In this document: one piece after another, positions 50,189-59,935 of the stretch | Position numbering within the stretch: the stretch's first letter is position 1 | How the letters are laid out: each line of letters opens with the position of its first letter | Origin: Cyanobacteriota bacterium | Lineage (GTDB): Bacteria; Cyanobacteriota; Cyanobacteriia; Thermostichales; Thermostichaceae | Length of the DNA stretch: 64,000 nucleotides | Assembly: GCA_033764955.1 (NCBI GenBank) | Contig: JANRIL010000038.1 | Location: forward strand, 96,001-160,000 | Direction: 5' to 3' | Made by a program: the position numbers and the translations under genes | Notes under the pieces: model-generated | The model's database searches: none | What the model saw: only the letters and a program-made list of their open reading frames with translations | What the model was told of the DNA's origin: nothing

Positions 50189-51722
50189 ATCCCAAACCGG
50201 ATCCCCAGCGAAACACCCGTTGACTGGCCTCCTGCACAAAGGTTTGTAGCCAGCCGGATGCCTGGGTGCGAGCCACTTGCGCCTGCACCGTCGCCTGCAT
50301 TCCCCCTTCTCCCCAGGCTTGGTTACGCTGAAAATATTCAATAAAACTACGTCCAGCGATGCGGGTCAGATATCCGGCACTGGCCGCCTGAATGGGAGCC
50401 GTCACCAGATAGCCCACCACCGTTACTTCCGCTAGGGCGGTGACAATACCTGTCGTCAGTTGGATGGCTCCCTCCACCAAGCCCAAACTGGCCAGGGTTT
50501 TGGCTAAAGAGAGCGCTAATTCTCGCCCCTGCTGAAAATTCATTTGACAGCCATAAACCCCGCCAATTTCCACCACCATCTGGGCATTGATAGCAGCAAT
50601 CGCCAATAAATCCACCGCTGGGATCGGGTTAGCAAAAACAATCCCCGTCACGATCCACTGAAATCGCTCGACAATTTGCTCCGCTTTTTTTTGGAGCTGT
50701 TGCCCGATGATGCGGCGAGCTTCTTCTCCTAACTGTTCTGATTGCAACAGGGCGTTATCGATGGCTAGGGACTGTCCTTCCGCATAGAGAATGGCTTGAA
50801 TGCGATCCCGCACCTGCCGGATTTGGGGGCGGGGGGTGACCAGGGATCCCTTGACCATAACGGGGGTGGGAGCCGCCGCCGCCAACAAGACATCTTCATA
50901 GGCAATCCCCTGATGTACCCGTTCCCGCAGGCGAGCCAAAAGCAGAGCTTGTTCTTCCTGACTGTAGCGATCCATCTTGTTCAAAATCAGCAGCGACCGC
51001 TTCCCCAGTTGCACTAGTTCCATAAGCGGTTCATATTCCGATTGCCGCAGATCCCCATCGGTGACCACCAAAAGCAAGTCAGCCGTTTCGGCCTGTTTAC
51101 GTGCTTCCAACTCGCGCAGCACACCCGCTTGGCCGATTTCCAGAATGCCTGGACTATCCACAATCTCTACCGCTTCCGGGATCCCTGGTAGTTGCCAGCG
51201 ATAAAGCGCCGCCGCCGTGGTTGTCCCCAAAACCGCCCCCACCTCCCCTACCGTCCGCCCCAGCAGCGCATTCACCAAGGAGGTTTTGCCAGCGGATCCC
51301 GTGCCAAACACCACTACCTTCAGGGTGGGATGCGCCAGTTCACGGCTGAGCAGTGCGGAACGTTCTCCCAAGGCTTGCCGCGCCACTTGGTTTTGGATCT
51401 GCTCTAGCTGCTCGCTCACCCGCGCCAAATTTTTTTGAGTGGCACTCACCTTCTCGGCGGCGGATTGCGGCAGGGCAGGGCGTTCTATCACAGGCGGAGG
51501 GGCAGGCGGCGCTTTGCGAAACAGAAACAGATAGTAAATGGTTGCGGCCAAAAACACCGCCAAAATTAGGATCAACAGGCCAATCAACAGGGATCCCAGC
51601 CAAACCTGATCCTCGACCGCCCGATACAAATCCAGAAAAGAACGAATCAACCAGACCAAGAGACCGCTGATGGATCCCAGCAGAATCAAAAACAGAATCA
51701 CTCGCCAATAGCCCACCGACAT
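50172..51722 (-). CDS. Membrane-anchored GTP-binding protein, YcjF/DUF697 family
   Basis: Two TMs; GTGSAGKTS, DSPG, NKMD; C-terminal NPIPAVDLLA. Confidence 0.85.
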   Translation of the reverse strand: MSVGYWRVILFLILLGSISGLLVWLIRSFLDLYRAVEDQVWLGSLLIGLLILILAVFLAATIYYLFLFRKAPPAPPPVIERPALPQSAAEKVSATQKNLARVSEQLEQIQNQVARQALGERSALLSRELAHPTLKVVVFGTGSAGKTSLVNALLGRTVGEVGAVLGTTTAAALYRWQLPGIPEAVEIVDSPGILEIGQAGVLRELEARKQAETADLLLVVTDGDLRQSEYEPLMELVQLGKRSLLILNKMDRYSQEEQALLLARLRERVHQGIAYEDVLLAAAAPTPVMVKGSLVTPRPQIRQVRDRIQAILYAEGQSLAIDNALLQSEQLGEEARRIIGQQLQKKAEQIVERFQWIVTGIVFANPIPAVDLLAIAAINAQMVVEIGGVYGCQMNFQQGRELALSLAKTLASLGLVEGAIQLTTGIVTALAEVTVVGYLVTAPIQAASAGYLTRIAGRSFIEYFQRNQAWGEGGMQATVQAQVARTQASGWLQTFVQEASQRVFRWGSGLGSKRDN

Positions 51723-52074
51723 CGCCGCCCCTTCTTCCTATGGAGGATGACTCTTTGTGTATTATCGCTAGGGAAATGAACGCTTCTCCCCGTTGGCTAA
51801 TGCTTCCTGACGATCCAATCAATCTGGCCGTCTATAGCTGGGTGATTCGTCGAAGTCTGATGGGTAGTGAGTCCAGAATCAGGGTGAGCCACCCACATCT
51901 GAAGAAGTTGTAGCAGCATTCACAGCCAAGTATTTGCAACTTGCTGGCAGTAAATAAGCTAGAAAAAGTTTGGGGCAGGGGGGCAGTGATGCCTGTGTTT
52001 GGGGCAGTGCCTTGCGAGATCTTAGCGATCAAACTTGCAAGTAACGTGAGGTGCGAATGGCCGAACGGGAGAGT

Positions 52075-52140
52075 TTATTTAACCCGTTCATGATGGTGAC
52101 TATGATCCTAATGCTGATGATGAGAATCATAATCCTGCAT
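52075..52140 (-). pseudogene. His-rich N-terminal remnant (MQDYDSHHQH*DHSHHHERVK*)
   Basis: ATG at 52140, 21 nt after the Grx-MauE stop; in-frame stops. Confidence 0.4.
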
Positions 52141-52161
52141 GTCGTTGATGACGTGAAAGGG

Positions 52162-53007
52162 TTAATCCAGAATCCTGAGATTGCCTGAGGTGATGCCGTT
52201 GGTGGGGTTTATTTCGGCAACAACGGCAGTAGAGATGGGATTGAGTTCTATGGATTTCATCGACTCAGGCATGATTGGTGAAAAGATCAACCCTGCTCCC
52301 ATCAGCGCCATAATGGCGTTTTCGGCAAAGCTGACAATACCCAAGGGAGCCTTAGAGTTGCCCCCGACACACGCACAATTGAGGGCTAATTTGTCGATAT
52401 AAATGGCCTTAAAAACAGATGTTGCTCCGGCCAGTCCGACGATCAACGATCCAATCCCAGTTGCAAGAGGAGCTAGGCCCGACAAGAATCCTAAGCCTAC
52501 TAACAATTCAATAAATGGGTAGGCTTTGCCATAGGGCTTGAAGCGTTTGGTCACCAAATCATATTTCTCAAAGCTATTGGCAAACGCATTCACATCCATC
52601 AGCTTGAGTGAGGCCAGCATGGATAAAGAAATCCCCATGAAACCCGTCATGCCTAACGAAGTGGCCAACGTCACCAATCCAGCCGTTGAAAACAAGGCCA
52701 CCACAGGTGTGTAGGAGTAATCTGCCTTTACAGGAGCCACCTGCAACCGCTCCGCCAAGTCGGAGTAGCCCCCAATGCGCTCTTCCCCCCAGAAAATTTG
52801 TGGGGTAGTTGCCACGTTGTACTGGGCTTTGAACGCATCCACCTCGGCACGGGATCCCAGCTTGATGTCGGTAAACGGGATCCCTTTTTCGGTCAAGAGG
52901 TTGATGGCTCGCAACCCCCAAGGACATTCATGGTCAGGTGTAGACATCCGATAAAGTTTTACGGTTGCTCCAGTTGTTAAGGTGAGGGGAGTAGTCAGCG
53001 AGGTCAT
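52162..53007 (-). CDS. Glutaredoxin - MauE/DoxX-type membrane protein fusion
   Basis: HECPWG, TTPQIF, IGGY; MauE-like YD..T.R..PY..AYPF.E and CACVGG. Confidence 0.85.
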   Translation of the reverse strand: MTSLTTPLTLTTGATVKLYRMSTPDHECPWGLRAINLLTEKGIPFTDIKLGSRAEVDAFKAQYNVATTPQIFWGEERIGGYSDLAERLQVAPVKADYSYTPVVALFSTAGLVTLATSLGMTGFMGISLSMLASLKLMDVNAFANSFEKYDLVTKRFKPYGKAYPFIELLVGLGFLSGLAPLATGIGSLIVGLAGATSVFKAIYIDKLALNCACVGGNSKAPLGIVSFAENAIMALMGAGLIFSPIMPESMKSIELNPISTAVVAEINPTNGITSGNLRILD

Positions 53008-53046
53008 GAGGTCGTCTCCTTAAGCATCGGTTTTGTTGATAAATCA

Positions 53047-53078
53047 ACCCTAAACTCTGTAGCCGACTGTAGAGTCAA
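53047..53078 (-). promoter_or_regulatory. MerR-type promoter/operator for the Grx-MauE gene
   Basis: Minus strand: TTGACT, 20-bp spacer, TAGGGT; dyad ACTCTACAG-TCGG-CTACAGAGT. Confidence 0.75.
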
Positions 53079-53125
53079 GCGAAAAATGGCTCGAACCATA
53101 GAAAATAATTTCTTTGACTTACGGG

Positions 53126-53157
53126 TTGACTCTCTATTTAGCTAGAAGGTTTATGCT
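53126..53157 (+). promoter_or_regulatory. Second MerR-type promoter, driving the merR gene
   Basis: TTGACT (53126-53131), 20-bp spacer, TATGCT (53152-53157); imperfect dyad ACTCTCTA..TAGAAGGT. Confidence 0.6.
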
Positions 53158-53182
53158 GGATAAGCTGGGTAGAGGATCTATC

Positions 53183-53647
53183 ATGACTACAACAACCCTC
53201 TTCAAAATTGGAGATATTGCCAAACAAACTGGGGTTAGCGTTGGCACGTTGCGCTACTACGAGACTGAAAAACTGCTCCATCCTGCCGAGCGTGGGGAGA
53301 ATGGCTATCGCTACTACGGCACAGAGACTCTAGAACAGGTGCAATTTATTAAGAAAGCCCAATCTCTGGGATTTTCTTTAGAGGAGATCCGTCATATCCT
53401 TGAGGTGCGATTTTCCGGTGAGAAACCCTGCGAACTGGTACAAGATTTGCTGGCAGAGAAGATTAACCAATTAGAAAATCAGATCCAACAGATGACTATA
53501 TTCAAAACTGAGTTGGAAGAATATCGGGAGCTGTGGGGAAAAACTCCTGATGACCAAGAATTTTCTCGGGAAATCTGTCCCTTAGTCGCTAGTGTTCCTT
53601 TGAAAGCTAGTATTGAGTCTCTCACACCTGTATTTCAGTCTATCTAA
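53183..53647 (+). CDS. Heavy-metal-responsive MerR-family regulator
   Basis: KIGDIAK..GVSV.TLRYYE; FIKKAQSLGFSLEEI; Cys in KPC and ICP. Confidence 0.9.
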   Translation: MTTTTLFKIGDIAKQTGVSVGTLRYYETEKLLHPAERGENGYRYYGTETLEQVQFIKKAQSLGFSLEEIRHILEVRFSGEKPCELVQDLLAEKINQLENQIQQMTIFKTELEEYRELWGKTPDDQEFSREICPLVASVPLKASIESLTPVFQSI

Positions 53648-54064
53648 TGGCGAAGTTGTGCGGCGGTAGTGCCCTAGAGATAATGCTGGCAAATTCAGCA
53701 GGATGCTAATTGAGAACGAACAAAGCCTACAACGCTCATTTCAGGTTACCTATTCTTAATAAGGTAACCCTGTAGAATATCCTCTTATTTCATAGCCATC
53801 ACTTGAATAAGACTACCGTATTTCTTAAGTTGCAGTACCATCACAACTCAAATGCAAGAAAATGCAGGAAAAGGTTGAAAATTGCTGGTACTGAGTTCGT
53901 GATTATCTGCCCCCCCAGGCTTGAGCGGTTGGGCAATCTCCGCAAAGGTGAATGCTTGCCTAAGTTTTGCGGCGATTCCCCTTGCCAGTCTGGTATCCTG
54001 GAGCCGTAATGCATTGTCCTTTCGCCCCATTTTCACTTTATTTAATCTTTCTAGGTCAAGCCTC

Positions 54065-54823
54065 ATGCAAGCCAACCTGATGTCAGGAACCGTGATCTCT
54101 AGCCCTTTTTATCCCCTCAAGGAGAATTTGCCCCACACGGAAACGGTCTTGATTGTGGATGACGAAGAGGTCATCCGCGAAACGGTAGCACTGGCGCTGG
54201 ATGAACAGGGGTATCGCGTTTTGCAGGCCGCCGATGGCCGACAGGCTCTAGAGGTTGTCCACAATACGGATCAGATTGATCTCGTGATCTTGGATCTGAT
54301 GTTGCCCAGCCTGAATGGTCTGGATCTCTGTCGCCTCCTGCGCCGCGAAGGAAATGGGATCCCGATTTTGATGCTGTCGGCCAAAAGCAGCGAGACGGAT
54401 CGAGTAGTGGGATTAGAACTGGGGGCGGATGACTATCTGACCAAGCCCTTTGGCATGAGAGAATTGATTGCCCGTTGTCGTTCTGTGCTGCGGCGGCAAC
54501 AGCAAACCCAGGTGAGCGACAATCAGCAGGTGCTGCGGCATGGAGACATCTGTATGTATCCGCAGGAATGTCGGGTGTTGGTTCGCAACATTGAGGTTAA
54601 CTTTTCCCCCAAAGAGTTTCGTCTCTTAGAACTCTTTATGACCCATCCCCGCCGTGTCTGGACTCGTGAACAATTGTTAGAGAAAATTTGGGGATCCGAC
54701 TTTATGGGGGATAGCAAAACCGTGGATGTGCATATTCGCTGGCTACGGGAAAAGCTGGAGTTGGATCCGAGTAACCCTGACTATTTGGTGACTGTGCGGG
54801 GCTTTGGCTATCGATTTGGCTGA
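54065..54823 (+). CDS. sphR: PhoB/SphR-like OmpR-family response regulator
   Basis: DLMLP, SETDRVVGLELGADDYLTKPFGMREL, SPKEFRLL, GDSKTVDVHIRWLREKLE. Confidence 0.75.
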   Translation: MQANLMSGTVISSPFYPLKENLPHTETVLIVDDEEVIRETVALALDEQGYRVLQAADGRQALEVVHNTDQIDLVILDLMLPSLNGLDLCRLLRREGNGIPILMLSAKSSETDRVVGLELGADDYLTKPFGMRELIARCRSVLRRQQQTQVSDNQQVLRHGDICMYPQECRVLVRNIEVNFSPKEFRLLELFMTHPRRVWTREQLLEKIWGSDFMGDSKTVDVHIRWLREKLELDPSNPDYLVTVRGFGYRFG

Positions 54824-54828
54824 TTGGC

Positions 54829-56244
54829 TCAATCTTGAGGTGGAATAGGGCGAATCTCCCAAAGCAGTTGTAGCTCTGTTTGGGTAGTTGATCCAACCGG
54901 GGATCCCAGACCATGAACAGTCACCTGACTAGCCACTTCCTCACCATTGGCATGAAAAAATCGTTTTTCTACGGTGTAGCTGGTCAGTTTTTGTTGCCGC
55001 CATTTTGCCATCATTTGCTCATCGACATTGAGATCCGCCGGATGAGTGATCAGGGTCAAGGTTTCTAGTTTTTGTAAATCCGCTAGGGAATAACCCAAAA
55101 GGCTTTGCAGGGCTTGGTTCGCTTCCAAAACGCGAAATTGAGTATCCACCACCGCCAAGGCTACTGAACTGAGATTGAGGCTAATCCGTAATCCCTGCTT
55201 CACCTGTTGCAGAGCTGTGGTGGTGTGGCGGCGAGGGGTAATGTCTTCGAGGCTGCCCACTATCCGCACCGCTTTTCCCTGTGGTCCCGAAAAAATTCGC
55301 CCATAATCCCTGACCCACGCATAAAATCCATCTGCCCTCAGCCAGCGATACTCACACAAAAAAGTTTGCAAATCTCTCAGGCAGCTATCTAACTGTTTGA
55401 GCACTTGTGGGCGGTCACTGGGATGAATCTGTTCTACCCACCAGAAGCGCCGTTCTGAGTCTGCGGTAATGCTGTGACCAAAGACCGTTCTCAAGGAGAG
55501 AGACCACTCCATTTGCCCCTGCTGCATATCCCACTCGTAGATCACCTGCCGACTGGCCTCCGTAGAAATCCGTAGCCAATCCATCAAGCGATTGGCCGTA
55601 CTGCGGTGTTGCTGGGATTGACTGAGGCTACGCTGTTCTTCGTAGTAGCGAGCTAAAACCAGTTCTGTGAAAAGCAAGATCACCTGCATCTGATCGATAA
55701 AGGTGGGCGTCCAAAAGTCAGCATGGCTAGCCCAGAGTCCAACCAACCAGGAGGGATCCCGTTGTCCCTTACACAGGCCAACCAGGTGAAATCCCAGGTG
55801 TAAAGGGGGAGAATGAATAGCTTTTTGAGGGGAAACCTCGCCCTCGAGGGGAGTATATTCGGCTATCCATCCCCCCTGATCCGGTGGGATCACCATCACT
55901 TGTTGGGGAGTGGCTTGGAGTTCCTGGAGGAGTTGGGGGCGCAAACAGTGCAGTTGAGTGGCAAACAGTTCTTGAGGATGATCCGGATCCGCTGCCCAAA
56001 AGCCCTGGATCACGGGAGCCTCTAAACTCATCATCGAACCGATCCAAAATCTTGTGCCTGGACAGAATTGCTGCAAGCCGTATCCCACCTTCTGCAACAG
56101 ATCCAGAGGGTTTTGCGCCTGTTGGGTTTGTTTGACTAACGCTGCTAAATCTTGCCAAGCCAAAATGGGGTAGGACACTCGCTCATCCAAACTGTCGAAG
56201 GAATTCCTGTCCATCAGATTAACCTGTACCCTGCGGCTCAGCAC
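54829..56244 (-). CDS. Multi-PAS sensory protein without recognisable output domain
   Basis: PAS/PAC YEWD...IHPSDR...EYRW...G...EDIT; second PAS NQAL..LLGYS...THPAD...EKRF. Confidence 0.8.
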   Translation of the reverse strand: MLSRRVQVNLMDRNSFDSLDERVSYPILAWQDLAALVKQTQQAQNPLDLLQKVGYGLQQFCPGTRFWIGSMMSLEAPVIQGFWAADPDHPQELFATQLHCLRPQLLQELQATPQQVMVIPPDQGGWIAEYTPLEGEVSPQKAIHSPPLHLGFHLVGLCKGQRDPSWLVGLWASHADFWTPTFIDQMQVILLFTELVLARYYEEQRSLSQSQQHRSTANRLMDWLRISTEASRQVIYEWDMQQGQMEWSLSLRTVFGHSITADSERRFWWVEQIHPSDRPQVLKQLDSCLRDLQTFLCEYRWLRADGFYAWVRDYGRIFSGPQGKAVRIVGSLEDITPRRHTTTALQQVKQGLRISLNLSSVALAVVDTQFRVLEANQALQSLLGYSLADLQKLETLTLITHPADLNVDEQMMAKWRQQKLTSYTVEKRFFHANGEEVASQVTVHGLGSPVGSTTQTELQLLWEIRPIPPQD

Positions 56245-56361
56245 GCGGATTCTTTTGAGGGGAGTCGGGGCTAAGATGATTCATCATGCCAAAAAAGCAA
56301 GGGGGATCTCCCTTGCTAGCTTGTGCTGATGGTTAACTTTCAAGAAACAAGATGGATGGGG

Positions 56362-56598
56362 TTAGCCTTGGCCCATCAAACGAGTCAAGCTTTTTTCGGC
56401 TCGGTAGCTAGAAGCCCGCTCTTGATAGTTGACTTGCTTGCCTGTCAGGATGCTGGCTAAGCGGTGAAAGCCTGCCGACTTCCAGTTGCGCTCATGAATG
56501 GGCTTGGACTGCTCTCCCAGAAAATAAGCTTGGGAGCCGATGGCGGCCACCGCTACCCAACCCACCACAAACAAAGTTCCTAAGATGACGAGTTCCAT
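56362..56598 (-). CDS. Photosystem II assembly protein Psb35-related
   Basis: TM GWVAVAAIGSQAYF followed by GEQSKPIHERNW. Confidence 0.7.
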   Translation of the reverse strand: MELVILGTLFVVGWVAVAAIGSQAYFLGEQSKPIHERNWKSAGFHRLASILTGKQVNYQERASSYRAEKSLTRLMGQG

Positions 56599-56628
56599 GC
56601 TGGCTCCTTACATTGCAGAATATTTCTT

Positions 56629-56646
56629 CATGTAAAGAAATATAAC
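56629..56646 (-). promoter_or_regulatory. Putative HLR1 (RpaB-binding) element
   Basis: Minus strand GTTATATT-TC-TTTACATG versus (G/T)TTACA(T/A)(T/A)-N2 repeat; 30 nt upstream of the Psb35-like gene. Confidence 0.5.
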
Positions 56647-56820
56647 ATATTCTTGACTTGGTTCGTCAAGCCTTTTTGGCATCTGAGGAGGGATCCCCAC
56701 AGTGGCCAGGAGGCCACTCTCCGGTTTGCAGAGGATCTATCCAGAAAAACTCATCCTGTCATCGTCGATTTCCCAGACAAGCTGGCTATGCTGGAGGCGC
56801 ATTGGCTCTTGGTTAAGGTC

Positions 56821-57765
56821 ATGACTGAAACAATCCGACAGATTCTCTCGTGGTATGGCAGTGATCACCCCGGCACCCTGACCAATTTGGCACGGCTGCT
56901 CAATCACGGACGGTTAGCAGGAACCGGAAAGATGGTCATTCTGCCTGTGGATCAGGGGTTTGAGCATGGTCCCGCCCGTAGTTTTGCCCCCAATCCTCCG
57001 GCTTATGATCCCCACTACCACTTTCGCTTGGCCATCACGGCGGGGTGCAATGCCTATGCCGCTCCCTTGGGGTTTTTGGAGGCGGGGGCACGGGAGTTTG
57101 CCGGAGAGATTCCCCTGATTTTGAAGGTGAATGATCATGATCTGTTGCAGGATGAGAAGGATCCCTTACAGGCATTGACGGGCAGTGTTGGGGATGCCCT
57201 ACGGTTGGGTTGTGTAGGAATTGGCTTCACCATTTATCCGGGATCCACCCACCGTTTTGAGATGTATCAACAAATCCGTGCCTATTCGGAAGAAGCCAAG
57301 CGCCATGGCTTGGTGGTGGTGATCTGGTCTTATCCGCGGGGATCGGGACTGACCAAAGCCGGAGAAACCGCCATCGATGTCTGTGGCTATGCCGCCCATA
57401 TTGCCGCTCAGTTGGGTGCCCATATTATTAAGGTCAAACTCCCCACCCCCCATATCGAACAGGAAGCCGCCCGTAAGGTGTATGAGAAAGAAGGGATCCC
57501 GATTGCCACATTGGCGGAACGGGTGCGTCATGTAGTGCAGTGTGCCTTTGGGGGGCGGCGCATTGTTATTTTTTCAGGAGGCCCCACGGAGGGAGATGCG
57601 GACATTTTGCGGGAAGTGAAAGGGATAGAGGAAGGAGGAGGCTTTGGCTCCATTATCGGTCGTAACTCCTTTCAACGCCCCCAGGATCAAGCAATTCAAC
57701 TGCTGCACAAGATTATGGCTATCTACGCAGGGGAAGCCGTGGCGGAAGAAGCTGGGTCTAAATAA
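56821..57765 (+). CDS. fbaB: Class I fructose-bisphosphate aldolase
   Basis: ILPVDQGFEHGP, FTIYPGS, WSYPRG, HIIKVKLP, FSGG, SIIGRNSFQR. Confidence 0.93.
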   Translation: MTETIRQILSWYGSDHPGTLTNLARLLNHGRLAGTGKMVILPVDQGFEHGPARSFAPNPPAYDPHYHFRLAITAGCNAYAAPLGFLEAGAREFAGEIPLILKVNDHDLLQDEKDPLQALTGSVGDALRLGCVGIGFTIYPGSTHRFEMYQQIRAYSEEAKRHGLVVVIWSYPRGSGLTKAGETAIDVCGYAAHIAAQLGAHIIKVKLPTPHIEQEAARKVYEKEGIPIATLAERVRHVVQCAFGGRRIVIFSGGPTEGDADILREVKGIEEGGGFGSIIGRNSFQRPQDQAIQLLHKIMAIYAGEAVAEEAGSK

Positions 57766-57846
57766 TTGGGCACGATTGTGGATGCCGTCATGGTGTGTGG
57801 TCAGCATCATGCACCGATTGCCGGATCCATTGCCGATCTGAGGGGG

Positions 57847-59874
57847 CTAGAGATTCTGGCTATCCCTAAATTGGCCTAAGGCTTGTTTGACCTGCTGCAT
57901 AACCCCCGACCAATTGCCCGCTTGGGTTTGGCGAAACAATCGCGCCGTCGGATACCAAGGGCTGTCACTACGCTGCATCAACCACCGCCAATCGGGCAGA
58001 TAGGGCAACAAAATCCAGACGGGTTTGCCCAATGCCCCCGCCAAGTGAGCTACAGAGGTATCAACGGAGACAATCAAATCCATCTGGTTAATCAGGCTGG
58101 CCGTATCAGCAAAATCATTAAGATAAGGGGAGAGATCGTGAAGGGATTGCTGCTGCTCCGCTTCTCGAAAAGCCCGTTCATCGGCTAGAGGAATATCTTT
58201 TTGCAGGCTATAAAAACTCATGGCGGGATCTACCCCTCCCTCCAATAAAACCGCCATCTCTGGCCATGCCATCGAACGCTTATGGTAGGTCACATTCGGA
58301 AAGCCAGAGGCCCACACCAGACCCACTTTGGGTAGGGATCCCTCTAGCCGCAGCGGTGGCGGAGTGGTGGCGCGTAGATAGGGAACCGTGGCAGGCACTG
58401 AGTCGAGAGTGGTTTGTAGGAGGTAGGGCAAGCTGAGCAAAGGCAGGACAACATCGGCGCTGGGCAAAGGGGTCTGCGGGGGCAGAAGGGGAGGGATCCC
58501 TTCTAGGCTGGCAAAAAGTCGCTGCAATGAAGCTGGCCCAACCATCTGCACTTGCATCCCCTCTTCCACTAGACGGGGCAAATAGCGGACAAGCTGGATG
58601 GAATCCCCTAAGCCCTGTTCACAGATCAGGAGTAAGGAAGGCTGAGTCATTTGAGCAAAGCGCTGGGGCAAATGAAAATCTGGCAGACCCCGCCGCCATT
58701 CATACTGCAAAAAGCCCCGCGACCACTCCCCCCTCAGCAGCAACGTCAAGCCCAAATTGATATTGGCAGTCGGCCAACGGGGATGCAGGCGGACGGCTTC
58801 CTGAAAACAGGCCAGTGCAAGCTCCAGATGCCCTTGTTCCTGCCAAATTAACCCCAAATTATTGTGGGCTTCTGCATAATCGGGATCCCGAATCAGAGCG
58901 CGTTGAAAGTGAGTTTTGGCTTCTTCCAAACGATCTTGAGCGGATAAGATCACCCCAATTTGATTATGATCATGGGCGGTGTTTTGAACGGCAAAATAAA
59001 GCGGGTTAAGCTGTTGAGCGGTTTGAAAATGCTCTCTGGCCTGCTGACGGTAGCCGAAGTCGGTGAGGGCTAAGCCGAGGGAAATGTGGGCAACAAAAAA
59101 ATTAGGATTGAGTTGTAAGGCTCGCTCTAGATAGAGGATCGCCTCAGATAATCGGTATTGTTTGTGGAGGGTGATACCCAAGTTGCTGCAAATTTCAAAA
59201 GACTGAGGCTGCAAAGCCAATGCCTGTTCAAAGCAGGTAACGGCTTTATCCATATGACCCATATCTCGCCAAACGGATCCTAAATTATTGTGCAGTTCGG
59301 CAGCCTCCGGTTGGAGGGTAAGGGCGCGTTGATAACAAAAAACAGCCGACTCTAAATCCCCTGACATTTCATAGGTGGCGGCTAAATTGGCAAGGGCGGG
59401 CATAAACATCGGCTCTATCTCCAGAGCCGCCTGAAAAGAACGAACGGCTTCGGAAGGATATCCCATAGCCCGCCAGACCAATCCCAAGCCATTGTGAGCT
59501 TCCACAAACCGAGGATCCCATTGCAGGGCTTGCTGAAAGGCAATACGAGCGGGATCCCATTTCCCCAGTTGTCGCAGCACCACCCCCAGGTTGTAGTGGG
59601 CTTGGGGCTGATTCGGCTGTAGTTGACAGGCAGCCACCAAAAACCGAATGGCTTGCTGAAAGTTGCCCTGAGTATGGGCGATTAGTCCTAAGCGATGCAG
59701 CGCCTCTGGCTGACGGGGGTTGTGGGCTAAAACCTGTTGATAAAGTTGGGCGGCGGAAGCAAGTGCCCCGGCCTCCAGATAGTGAAGAGCTAGGTTGAGG
59801 GTTTCAGGAAGGGAGGCCGGGAGATGGGATGGAAGCGAATGTTGGCTACCCCCAGCCGCCGAATGATCGCGCAT
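57847..59874 (-). CDS. TPR-repeat protein with C-terminal GT9-like glycosyltransferase domain
   Basis: About 10 TPRs; EQGLGDSIQL.RY; DLIVSVDTSVAHLAGALGKP; WRW...SPWYP. Confidence 0.9.
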   Translation of the reverse strand: MRDHSAAGGSQHSLPSHLPASLPETLNLALHYLEAGALASAAQLYQQVLAHNPRQPEALHRLGLIAHTQGNFQQAIRFLVAACQLQPNQPQAHYNLGVVLRQLGKWDPARIAFQQALQWDPRFVEAHNGLGLVWRAMGYPSEAVRSFQAALEIEPMFMPALANLAATYEMSGDLESAVFCYQRALTLQPEAAELHNNLGSVWRDMGHMDKAVTCFEQALALQPQSFEICSNLGITLHKQYRLSEAILYLERALQLNPNFFVAHISLGLALTDFGYRQQAREHFQTAQQLNPLYFAVQNTAHDHNQIGVILSAQDRLEEAKTHFQRALIRDPDYAEAHNNLGLIWQEQGHLELALACFQEAVRLHPRWPTANINLGLTLLLRGEWSRGFLQYEWRRGLPDFHLPQRFAQMTQPSLLLICEQGLGDSIQLVRYLPRLVEEGMQVQMVGPASLQRLFASLEGIPPLLPPQTPLPSADVVLPLLSLPYLLQTTLDSVPATVPYLRATTPPPLRLEGSLPKVGLVWASGFPNVTYHKRSMAWPEMAVLLEGGVDPAMSFYSLQKDIPLADERAFREAEQQQSLHDLSPYLNDFADTASLINQMDLIVSVDTSVAHLAGALGKPVWILLPYLPDWRWLMQRSDSPWYPTARLFRQTQAGNWSGVMQQVKQALGQFRDSQNL

Positions 59875-59935
59875 ATATATTCAACCCCATCACAACTAAC
59901 CGAGATGTTAGCCTACCCTAGAGAGTGATCAATGG

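Noticed and set aside
53640..53772. attC-like arms (ATCTAATGGCGAAGTTGTGCGGCGG; GTTAGCC at the Uma2 end, 44534)
   Set aside because: No complete paired attC, no cassette array, no integron integrase in the window
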